From Caedimonas varicaedens (GTDB lineage: Bacteria > Pseudomonadota > Alphaproteobacteria > Caedimonadales > Caedimonadaceae): a stretch of 32,000 bases of DNA. Every line of letters starts with the position of its first letter. Position 1 is the stretch's first letter. Below are positions 9,952-17,638 of the stretch, one piece after another. The translations under genes were made by a program, and so were the position numbers. The notes under the pieces were generated by a model. It was given only the letters and a program-made list of their open reading frames with translations. It did not search any database and had not been told where the DNA came from. Location: the NCBI GenBank assembly GCA_001192655.1, contig BBVC01000019.1:21003-53002 (forward strand), given 5' to 3'.

Positions 9952-10956
9952 ATGACAGAAACAATCATAAATAGTCCTATGATTACTGTACGCGAAGCTT
10001 TACGTGACGGGATGGCTGAGGAAATGCGACGTGATACAAATGTATTTTTGTTGGGAGAAGAAGTCGCCGAATATCAGGGTGCTTATAAGGTAAGTCAGGG
10101 ATTATTGGATGAATTTGGCGCTGGGCGTATTGTTGATTCTCCTATTACCGAGCATGGTTTTGCTGGTTTGGGCGTTGGTGCCGCTTTTGCTGGACTTCGC
10201 CCCATTATTGAGTTCATGACGTTTAACTTTGGAATGCAGGCGATGGATCAAATCATCAATAGCGCTGCAAAAACTCTTTATATGTCTGGGGGGCAAATGG
10301 GATGTCCTATTGTTTTTCGCGGTCCCAATGGTGCCGCCAAGCGCGTTGCTGCTCAACATTCGCAATGTTTTGCCAGCTGGTTTGCCCATTGTCCTGGTTT
10401 AAAAGTTATTTCGCCCTATGATGCCAGCGATGCAAAAGGTCTTTTAAAATCGGCTATTCGTGATCCTAATCCCGTGATCTTTTTGGAAAATGAAATGTTA
10501 TATGGTGTGTCTTTTCCAACTCCTCTGGACGAGGATCATCTGGTTCCTATTGGTCAGGCAAAAATCGTGCGGGAAGGGACAGATGTAACAATTACGGCAT
10601 TTTCCCTGATGGTCAAAGTTGCTCTTGACGCAGCTGAAAAGCTTGCACAACAGGGCATTCAGGCAGAAGTCATTGATCTTCGTACACTTCGTCCTCTGGA
10701 CACGCCATCAATTTTGCGATCAATCATGAAGACAAACCGTTTGGTCTCTCTGGAAGAAGGATGGCCTTTTGCAGGAATTGGCGCTGAAATTTCGGCACTG
10801 ATGATGGAGCAGGCTTTTGATTATCTGGACGCACCTATCATGCGGGTAACGGGTGCTGATGTTCCGATGCCTTATGCCGATAACCTTGTGAACTTGACTC
10901 TTCCCCAAGTAGAGCAGGTAGTTGATGTGGTGCGGCAAGTATGTTATCGACATTAG
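9952..10956 (+). CDS. pdhB: Pyruvate dehydrogenase E1 component, beta subunit
   Basis: [46 protein letters not shown]..; transketolase-like pyrimidine-binding and C-terminal domains. Confidence 0.95.
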   Translation: MTETIINSPMITVREALRDGMAEEMRRDTNVFLLGEEVAEYQGAYKVSQGLLDEFGAGRIVDSPITEHGFAGLGVGAAFAGLRPIIEFMTFNFGMQAMDQIINSAAKTLYMSGGQMGCPIVFRGPNGAAKRVAAQHSQCFASWFAHCPGLKVISPYDASDAKGLLKSAIRDPNPVIFLENEMLYGVSFPTPLDEDHLVPIGQAKIVREGTDVTITAFSLMVKVALDAAEKLAQQGIQAEVIDLRTLRPLDTPSILRSIMKTNRLVSLEEGWPFAGIGAEISALMMEQAFDYLDAPIMRVTGADVPMPYADNLVNLTLPQVEQVVDVVRQVCYRH

Positions 10957-10997
10957 AATGAATATAATTTTAATTAAATAATGCGGGGATAGAATTC

Positions 10998-12230
10998 ATG
11001 CCCATACAAATCTTGATGCCAGCGCTTTCACCGACCATGAGTGAAGGGAATCTTGTAAAATGGCATAAAAAAGAGGGGGAACAGGTTAAGGCGGGACAAA
11101 TTCTTGCAGAAATTGAAACTGATAAGGCAACAATGGAAATTGAGGCTGTAGACGAAGGGATTTTGGGTCGAATCGTCGTTCCTGAGGGTACTGAAAACGT
11201 TAAGGTCAATGAACTTATTGGGTTATTACTGGAAGAGGGGGAAGATTCTTCGGCTTTGGATGAAGTATCAATTAAAAAGCCACCGATATTGGCTCCTGCT
11301 TCTTCTTCTGCGAAACCAGCATTAGCGACAGTATCTGAATTGCCCTCTTCTTCTGGGGGGCAAAATCGGGTTTTTGCAACGCCCTTGGCCAAACGGATCG
11401 CGGAACAGAAACAAATTGACCTGGGCACTCTTTCAGGTTCTGGGCCAAGAGGTCGAATTATCAGGGATGATGTTGAAGCTTATGGTAATACAGCCATCCG
11501 CCAAGCACCTCTGCCAGAAGTAAAAGCCGCAGATGAGCTTTTTCCATCCTATCAGGAAATCAGGCTTACGAATGTTCGCAAGGTGATCGCCCAACGTTTA
11601 TCTGAATCGAAGAAAATGGTTCCGCATTTCTACTTAACCATTGAATGCGAAATTGATGATTTATTGAAAGCACGTCAGGAAATTAACCTTAATTTAGACG
11701 AGACGCAAAAGATTTCCGTCAATGATTTTGTCATCAAGGCGATTGCTATGGCTTTGAAGAAAGTTCCTGAAGCAAATGCAGCATGGGGAGAGGATCATCT
11801 GAAGCTTTTCAATCGGGCTGATATTTCAGTAGCAGTTGCTTCGGATGCAGGGCTTATCACTCCTATCGTGCGCGGCGCTGACCAGAAATCCTTGAGTGAA
11901 ATTTCCCGGGAAATGAAAGAGCTTGTAGCCAAAGCACGCGCAGGAAAATTAAAGCCCCATGAATTCCAGGGTGGTACATTTAGTCTTTCAAACCTAGGGA
12001 TGTATGGTATTAAGAATTTTGCGGCTGTTATTAATCCTCCCCAAGGATGTATTCTGGCTGTTGGGGCTGGTCAGCAACAAGCCATTGTTAAAGCTGGAAA
12101 AATAGAAGTTGCTACAGTGATGAATTGCACGCTTTCTGTTGACCATCGTGTTGTTGATGGTGCCGTTGGTGCTGAATTTCTCAAGCAATTTAAACAAATG
12201 ATAACCTGCCCTGTTATGATGGTTGTATAA
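10998..12230 (+). CDS. pdhC: Pyruvate dehydrogenase E2 (dihydrolipoamide acetyltransferase), single lipoyl domain
   Basis: Lipoyl domain (MPALSPTMSEGNLVKW..EIETDKATME), Ala/Ser-rich linker, E3/E1-binding domain (FATPLAKRIAEQKQIDL) and a catalytic domain with the DHRVVDG motif. Confidence 0.95.
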   Translation: MPIQILMPALSPTMSEGNLVKWHKKEGEQVKAGQILAEIETDKATMEIEAVDEGILGRIVVPEGTENVKVNELIGLLLEEGEDSSALDEVSIKKPPILAPASSSAKPALATVSELPSSSGGQNRVFATPLAKRIAEQKQIDLGTLSGSGPRGRIIRDDVEAYGNTAIRQAPLPEVKAADELFPSYQEIRLTNVRKVIAQRLSESKKMVPHFYLTIECEIDDLLKARQEINLNLDETQKISVNDFVIKAIAMALKKVPEANAAWGEDHLKLFNRADISVAVASDAGLITPIVRGADQKSLSEISREMKELVAKARAGKLKPHEFQGGTFSLSNLGMYGIKNFAAVINPPQGCILAVGAGQQQAIVKAGKIEVATVMNCTLSVDHRVVDGAVGAEFLKQFKQMITCPVMMVV

Positions 12231-12244
12231 AAAGGAGTATCTCT

Positions 12245-13141
12245 ATGGATTGGGATAGATTAAAGACGTTTTATCGCGTCGCCCAGTATAAAAGCTTCAC
12301 AGACGCTAGTGTGGGGATGCATCTCAGTCAACCGGCTTTGAGCCGGCAAATTATGAGCCTTGAAGACAGCATGGGCATTCGCCTATTCTATCGTGAAAGT
12401 CGTGGGCTTACCTTAACAGAAGAAGGCAAGCAATGGTTCGAGACTGTGGGAGAAATTTATAAAAAGATTGAAGAAAAGAATATTGAAGTCAATCAGCGTC
12501 GTAGAGATCCTGAAGGGTATTTGAGAATTGCAGCCACAATTGGTTTTGTTTCATCTTATCTCAGTTGCGTTCTTAAAGATTTTTTAGACTTATATCCTAA
12601 GATCAGGCTTTCTGTCGTTGCCAGTAATTCTACTCCTGACCTTAAATTGCGTGAATCAGATATCCTGATTCATCCTTATATTGAAGATGAATCTGGTCTT
12701 ATTCAACGAGAGTTATATACTTTTCATGAGAAACTCTATGCAAGCCCCAAGTATTTGAAGGAATTTGGAGTTCCTCAAAAGCCTAAAGATCTTGATATTC
12801 ATCGTTTATTAATATCGGATAATCATCCCAGTCTTTTTGGGGATGCTGAGGATTGGCAGCTTATGCTGGGTAGAGAGAAAGACAATCCAAGAGATCCTTA
12901 CCTGAGTATTGGTACAAGTATTGGATTGTTTCATGCCGCTCAAGCTGGTTTAGGAATTATCTCCCTACCCAGGGAACATCCTGATTTAAAAACATCAGAT
13001 TTAGTTCCTGTTTTGCCCTCTATTGATGGGCCGGCTATAAAAGCATACATAATTTACCTCGATCATTTCAAGGGAATGAAAAGAATCGAGTTATTTTGTG
13101 ATTATCTTGAGAAGATTTTTAAGCAAAAGCCCCTCGCATAA
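12245..13141 (+). CDS. LysR-family transcriptional regulator (copy 1)
   Basis: N-terminal wHTH (LKTFYRVAQYKSFTDASVGMHLSQPALSRQIMSLE) plus a LysR substrate-binding domain. AGGAG RBS lies 14 nt after the pdhC stop. Confidence 0.9.
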   Translation: MDWDRLKTFYRVAQYKSFTDASVGMHLSQPALSRQIMSLEDSMGIRLFYRESRGLTLTEEGKQWFETVGEIYKKIEEKNIEVNQRRRDPEGYLRIAATIGFVSSYLSCVLKDFLDLYPKIRLSVVASNSTPDLKLRESDILIHPYIEDESGLIQRELYTFHEKLYASPKYLKEFGVPQKPKDLDIHRLLISDNHPSLFGDAEDWQLMLGREKDNPRDPYLSIGTSIGLFHAAQAGLGIISLPREHPDLKTSDLVPVLPSIDGPAIKAYIIYLDHFKGMKRIELFCDYLEKIFKQKPLA

Positions 13142-13246
13142 GTACGTTTATTCTGCATATGGGGTTACTTTTCTTCTTATATATTCGGTGACAGTAGTGA
13201 AGAGAGACTATTGAGCTTGTCATTTCTGAAAAGGGAGAGAATTTTT

Positions 13247-14524
13247 ATGAAACGTGTAAAAAATATTGCTATTGCGGTGTCCGGTACGGCCTTAGAAGTC
13301 TATGATAACACGCTTTATACGCTCTTTGCAGTTATACTGGGTCCTATTTTCTTCCCTCATGAGGATCCTTTCGTCGTTTATCTCTCGACTTTTGCCGCTC
13401 TTGCTGCTGGTTTTATTGCCCGCCCTATAGGAGGACTTTTTTTTAGTCATATAGGTGATCGTTTGGGTCGTAAGAAGGCCTTGAGTTGGTCTATTGTTTT
13501 AATGATTTTTCCAACGTTTATCATAGGTATTTTGCCCTCTTATGCTTCCATTGGCGTTTTAGCATCGATTCTTCTTGTTACTTGCCGTCTTGTACAAGGA
13601 TTTTGTGTTGGAGGAGAGCTTGGGGGGGCTATGACTTTTATTATTGAGTGTGCAGAGCCTAAGCATAAGGGATTTTATTCAAGTTTTATGGCAGTTGCTT
13701 CTTATTTAGGTGGTATTGTTGGAGCAGGATTTGGCTTTCTTTGTTTACAACCCTTTATGCCATCCTGGGGATGGCGAATCCCTTTTATATTTGGCGCTTT
13801 TATAGGTGTATTAGGGTATACCATCCGTCGTTACCTCACTGAAACTCCTGAATTTGTAGCAACTCAAAAGCAGGGAAAAATTTTGAAATATCCACTGGTA
13901 AATACCTTAAAATACCATAAAGCAAGCATGTTTCGAGCTATGGGGATTGCTGCCGGTGTTCTTGTTCCTTTTTTTATCGTCACGACTCATCTGAATGGTA
14001 TTTTAAAACTGAATTTACATTTTACATCATTGGATATTATGAAACTTAATTTGGGTCTCTTGACTTTTTGGACGTGTTTGTCTCCATTGATGGGGCTTCT
14101 TGCAGATCGTATTGGTGTTTCGACATTGATGGCAATCGCTTCTGGTAGTTTAGCGGTTTGTAGTTATCCCCTTTTCTTTTTCTTGGAGAATAACCTTCAT
14201 TCTTTTGAGGCTATTTTGTTTGTGCAGTTATGTTTGAGTACTCTTTGTGTTGCATTTGCAGCACCCTGTTCAGCTTATCTGACGTCTCTTTTTCCAACGA
14301 ATGAGCGGTATAGCGGTATTTCATTAGGATATACAATTGGTTGTGCTATGTTGGGTGGGACAGCGCCTTTAATTGCGACCGCCTTACTTAAGTGGACAGG
14401 AGATCAAAAAGCGCCTGCTTATTATCTGTTGTTTTGTGCTATAGGAGCGTTTTTAGCAGTAACGACTCATCCAACAGCTCGTTCTGGCCGCTTCTTTTTC
14501 TTAAAAAAGAGTGTTTTACAGTGA
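13247..14524 (+). CDS. MFS transporter, metabolite:H+ symporter (ProP-like) family (copy 1)
   Basis: About 12 predicted hydrophobic helices. MHS-family motifs are present: ALEVYDNTLY, RPIGGLFFSHIGDRLGRKK, CRLVQGFCVGGE, WGWRIPF. ATG 13247 is preceded by GGGAGAG. Confidence 0.88.
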   Translation: MKRVKNIAIAVSGTALEVYDNTLYTLFAVILGPIFFPHEDPFVVYLSTFAALAAGFIARPIGGLFFSHIGDRLGRKKALSWSIVLMIFPTFIIGILPSYASIGVLASILLVTCRLVQGFCVGGELGGAMTFIIECAEPKHKGFYSSFMAVASYLGGIVGAGFGFLCLQPFMPSWGWRIPFIFGAFIGVLGYTIRRYLTETPEFVATQKQGKILKYPLVNTLKYHKASMFRAMGIAAGVLVPFFIVTTHLNGILKLNLHFTSLDIMKLNLGLLTFWTCLSPLMGLLADRIGVSTLMAIASGSLAVCSYPLFFFLENNLHSFEAILFVQLCLSTLCVAFAAPCSAYLTSLFPTNERYSGISLGYTIGCAMLGGTAPLIATALLKWTGDQKAPAYYLLFCAIGAFLAVTTHPTARSGRFFFLKKSVLQ

Positions 14525-15255
14525 AGAATTCGCCATTATTTGGGATACCTACAGCAAACAAAAAAGGATACGTTCGTGAAACTCTAGTGAATGAGTATGG
14601 TCAGTTTTTCCTTGGTTATATAGAGCATCTTTCCTCACCGACTGTTTTAGATATTGGTGCTGCCTATGGGTTGACAACAAGTATTCCCGCTTTAATAGCC
14701 GGTGCTTTTGTTGTCGCAAATGACCTTGATACCACCCATCTTGATGTGCTGAAAAGCAAAGCACCGGCTCACCTGTTAGATCATTTAACTCTATGTGTCG
14801 GGAAATTTCCTCAAGAGATAGATTTTTCATCAAATAACTTTGATGCTATTGTGATGTTGCAAGTTTTACATTTCCTTAAAGCTGAAGAAATTGAACAGGG
14901 AATTCCTCTCTTGTACGATTGGTTAAAACCGGGAGGGAAAGTATTCCTGACAGTGATCAGTCCTTATATAGGAGTGTTGAGAGATTTTCTTCCTGTTTAT
15001 CAAGCAAGGAAAGAGCAAAAAATCTCTTGGCCAGGACAAGTAGAAAATATAAAAGAGTATTGCAACCACCCTTGTACAAGTCTTAATCCTGATTTTATTC
15101 ATGTGTTTGAACCAGACATTTTAGAGAAAATCTTTTTGAAAGTAGGGTTTAAGGTTGAAAAAGTTGGTTTTTATCCCATTCACCCTGGTGCTGAGCCTGA
15201 TTTTAGAAACGATGGGCGTGAATGTGTGGGCATCATTGCATCTAAACCTTTATAA
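14521..15255 (+). CDS. Class I SAM-dependent methyltransferase
   Basis: Motif I-like VLDIGAAYG, acidic post-I ANDLD, and LKPGGKVFL. There is no in-frame ATG. GTG 14521 overlaps the MFS stop (GTGA) and leaves about 40 aa before motif I. The alternative GTG 14392 would overlap the transporter by about 130 nt. Confidence 0.65.
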   Translation: MKNSPLFGIPTANKKGYVRETLVNEYGQFFLGYIEHLSSPTVLDIGAAYGLTTSIPALIAGAFVVANDLDTTHLDVLKSKAPAHLLDHLTLCVGKFPQEIDFSSNNFDAIVMLQVLHFLKAEEIEQGIPLLYDWLKPGGKVFLTVISPYIGVLRDFLPVYQARKEQKISWPGQVENIKEYCNHPCTSLNPDFIHVFEPDILEKIFLKVGFKVEKVGFYPIHPGAEPDFRNDGRECVGIIASKPL

Positions 15256-15276
15256 AATATAAAAAAGATATACCTT

Positions 15277-16206
15277 ATGTCTTTTATTGAACCTTTTCTG
15301 GAAATGCTGTGTGTTGAACGGGGAGCAGCACAAAATACGCTGATGGCTTATAAAAAAGATTTAGAGGCGTTCTTTGAATTTATAAAAAAGAATTCTCCTG
15401 ATGATATAGATGAAAAAGTCATACGCTCTTATCTGAAAGAGCTGAATCATCGACAATTGAGCCCTTCAACGCGCGCGCGACAATTATCCTCATTGCGACA
15501 GTATTTTAAATTTCTTTTTCAGGAAGGTTATATCCAATATAATCCGACTCTGACTTTGGAAAGTCCACGCAAAGGAAGGACACTTCCAAAGATCCTTCAC
15601 GAAGAAGAAGTTTGTGCCCTGCTGAATGTTGCAAACGGGATGCCAGAAACAGAAGGAATACGCGTTCGATGTTTGCTTGAACTTCTTTATGCGACAGGAA
15701 TGCGTGTATCGGAAATGGTAACACTTTTGACTCTTACGGTTGTTCAGGCCTTAAAAGCCAATCAACCTTATTTACTGATCAAGGGAAAGGGTGGAAAAGA
15801 ACGTATTGTGCCTTTATCTGAACCTTCGATCGAAGCTCTCAAAGCTTATTTGGGTGTCCGTCGTATTTTTGAACCTTCTTCTAAACCTTTGCCGTGGCTT
15901 TTCCCTTCAAGAAGCGCCAAAGGGCATTTGACGCGTCAGGGTTTTGGAAAAATTTTAAAGGACATCACGCTTAAAGCAGGACTTGATCCTCGACGAGTTT
16001 CTCCTCATGTCTTACGCCATGCCTTTGCGACGCATCTTCTTAATCGAGGCGCAGATCTGCTCAGCGTTCAGCAATTGCTTGGTCATGCAGATGTTTCAAC
16101 AACTGAAATTTATACCCATGTCATGACGGAAAAAATGGAAGAACTTGTTTTAAAACATCACCCCTTGTCAAAACGTCTAAAAGTAGCTACGACAGAAGAA
16201 GCATAA
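15277..16206 (+). CDS. xerD: Site-specific tyrosine recombinase XerD
   Basis: N-terminal SAM-like domain (FLEMLCVERGAAQNTLMAYKKDL) and catalytic R..HVLRHAFATHLL..LLGHADVSTTEIYTHV. Confidence 0.88.
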   Translation: MSFIEPFLEMLCVERGAAQNTLMAYKKDLEAFFEFIKKNSPDDIDEKVIRSYLKELNHRQLSPSTRARQLSSLRQYFKFLFQEGYIQYNPTLTLESPRKGRTLPKILHEEEVCALLNVANGMPETEGIRVRCLLELLYATGMRVSEMVTLLTLTVVQALKANQPYLLIKGKGGKERIVPLSEPSIEALKAYLGVRRIFEPSSKPLPWLFPSRSAKGHLTRQGFGKILKDITLKAGLDPRRVSPHVLRHAFATHLLNRGADLLSVQQLLGHADVSTTEIYTHVMTEKMEELVLKHHPLSKRLKVATTEEA

Positions 16207-16212
16207 TGATAG

Positions 16213-17184
16213 ATGAAAGGCTTTGATGTGGCCGCACCCCTGGAATTCGAACAGTCTATTGCCGACCTTGAAAGTAAACTGGATGAGTTGCGTCATCTCT
16301 CATCCTCTAAAGATTTTAATATTTCCAAAGAGGTTGCTCGTCTGGAAGAAAAGGTGCAACGTCTTTTGCGCCAGACTTATATGCGTCTTACGCCGTGGCA
16401 AAAAGTTCTCGTTGCGCGGCATCCCGAGCGTCCTCATTGTCTTGATTTTATCCGTCATCTGATTGAAGATTTTGTGGAATTGGCAGGGGATCGTGCTTTT
16501 TCTGAAGATAAGGCCATTGTAGGGGGAGTGGGGCGCTTTCGAGGAAAGCCCGTCATGATAATGGGAACAGAAAAAGGGCATGATATTGAATCGCGTCTTT
16601 TGCATAATTTTGGGATGCCTCGTCCTGAGGGGTATCGTAAGGCTTGTCGCCTGGTTCGGCTTGCAAACGATTATAGTTTGCCGATTCTTACATTTGTTGA
16701 CACAGCAGGGGCCCATCCTGGAAAAGATGCCGAAGAAAGAGGTCAATCCGAAGCTATTGCCCGAAGTATAGAAACTTTTCTCAAGGCTGAAGTGCCTGTT
16801 ATTGCAACGGTGACAGGAGAGGGGGGGTCAGGGGGTGCTATTGCCCTGGCAGCGGCGAATGAAGTGTTGATGCTTGAACATGCCATTTATTCTGTTGTGA
16901 CGCCTGAAGGATGTGCTTCTATTTTGTGGCGAAGCGTTGACAAGAAACAGGAGGCTGCGGCAGCGCAAAAATTGACAGCTCAGGATCTAAAAGCCCTTGA
17001 TATCATTGATTCTATTATTCTTGAACCTGTAGGAGGGGCGCAACGTTCACCACAATCTGCAATTTCTGCCACAGGAGATGCTATAGAAAAGGCATTGAAT
17101 AAATATCTAAATAGTTCGTCTGAGAGGATTAGGTCTCAGCGAAAGCAAAAATTTCTGGCGTTGGGACAAAAAGGATTGAATTAA
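16213..17184 (+). CDS. accA: Acetyl-CoA carboxylase carboxyltransferase alpha subunit
   Basis: ARHPERPHCLDFI..LAGDRAFSEDKAIVGG..FGMPRPEGYRKA.RL...A.....PILTFVDTAGAHPG..AEERGQSEAIA..; GEGGSGGALA-type motif present. Confidence 0.95.
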   Translation: MKGFDVAAPLEFEQSIADLESKLDELRHLSSSKDFNISKEVARLEEKVQRLLRQTYMRLTPWQKVLVARHPERPHCLDFIRHLIEDFVELAGDRAFSEDKAIVGGVGRFRGKPVMIMGTEKGHDIESRLLHNFGMPRPEGYRKACRLVRLANDYSLPILTFVDTAGAHPGKDAEERGQSEAIARSIETFLKAEVPVIATVTGEGGSGGAIALAAANEVLMLEHAIYSVVTPEGCASILWRSVDKKQEAAAAQKLTAQDLKALDIIDSIILEPVGGAQRSPQSAISATGDAIEKALNKYLNSSSERIRSQRKQKFLALGQKGLN

Positions 17185-17230
17185 AAAAAATTAAGATTTT
17201 TTTAATATTTAAACATGATAATAGGGATAT

Positions 17231-17260
17231 AAAAAAAAGACCGGGGGGTTAGCCCCGGTC
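17231..17260 (-). terminator. Rho-independent terminator reading on the minus strand
   Basis: Perfect 8-bp GC-rich stem GACCGGGG/CCCCGGTC (17239-17260), 6-nt loop, and an A8 run at 17231-17238 that becomes U8 on the minus-strand transcript. Confidence 0.75.
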
Positions 17261-17360
17261 AAGTTTAACAGGGAGGCTTCACGTCTGGGAGACGTAGGAT
17301 CAAAAGACAATGTGGTCTTTGACCCCTTCCCGGCTTTGCGCCAGAAACTCTGAAGAGAAA
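17231..17360 (-). ncRNA. Candidate small RNA or structured 3'UTR tail of the helicase transcript (5' end undefined)
   Basis: On the minus strand there are three short hairpins: CTGGC-gcaaa-GCCGG at 17330-17344, GGTC-aaa-GACC at 17314-17324, and ACGTCT-ccc-AGACGT at 17281-17295. They are followed by an unpaired CCUCCC (complement of 17271-17276) and the terminator. No ORF is present. Confidence 0.35.
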
Positions 17361-17564
17361 TAACTCTATATCCTTTTGTAACCTGCCTAACTCAAGATAA
17401 AAAGAATATTTTTTGCATCCGGTGTTTGACAGAAACGTATAGAGAGAAAAGGTCGAGGAAAGATCCCGTTTAAGTTTGACATAAGAACAAATCTATCAAA
17501 TAAAAAAATCAGAATTTTATCATCTCCAGCTGCTGTAGAAACCTAAGCTAGGATATTGCTCTAT

Positions 17565-17589
17565 GGATTCCCGCTTTCGCAGGGATGAC
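17565..17589. repeat. REP-like palindromic hairpin; minus strand reads GTCATCCCTGC-GAAA-GCGGGAATCC
   Basis: Imperfect 8-bp stem with a GAAA tetraloop, about 50 nt downstream of the helicase stop. It shares the 9-mer CGGGAATCC with the hairpin at 22804-22825. Confidence 0.4.
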
Positions 17590-17638
17590 AAAATAAGGAA
17601 ATATAAAGCATAGTTCCCATTGATTAAAGACGTTACAG

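Noticed and set aside
15277-16206. The tyrosine recombinase could be an integrase marking a mobile island next to the LysR-MFS-methyltransferase cassette
   Set aside because: Its sequence and length fit chromosomal XerD (ERG..NTL..Y..DL N-terminus and a full catalytic C-terminus). No flanking direct repeats, tRNA target or phage/transposon genes are visible.
17455-17462. GAGGAAAG on the plus strand, reminiscent of the RNase P RNA P4 motif GAGGAAAGUCC
   Set aside because: The following bases (ATCCCG) do not match. No complementary P4 3' strand (ACAGAACCCGGCUUA-like) is present, and there is not enough flanking sequence for an RNase P RNA of roughly 350-400 nt.
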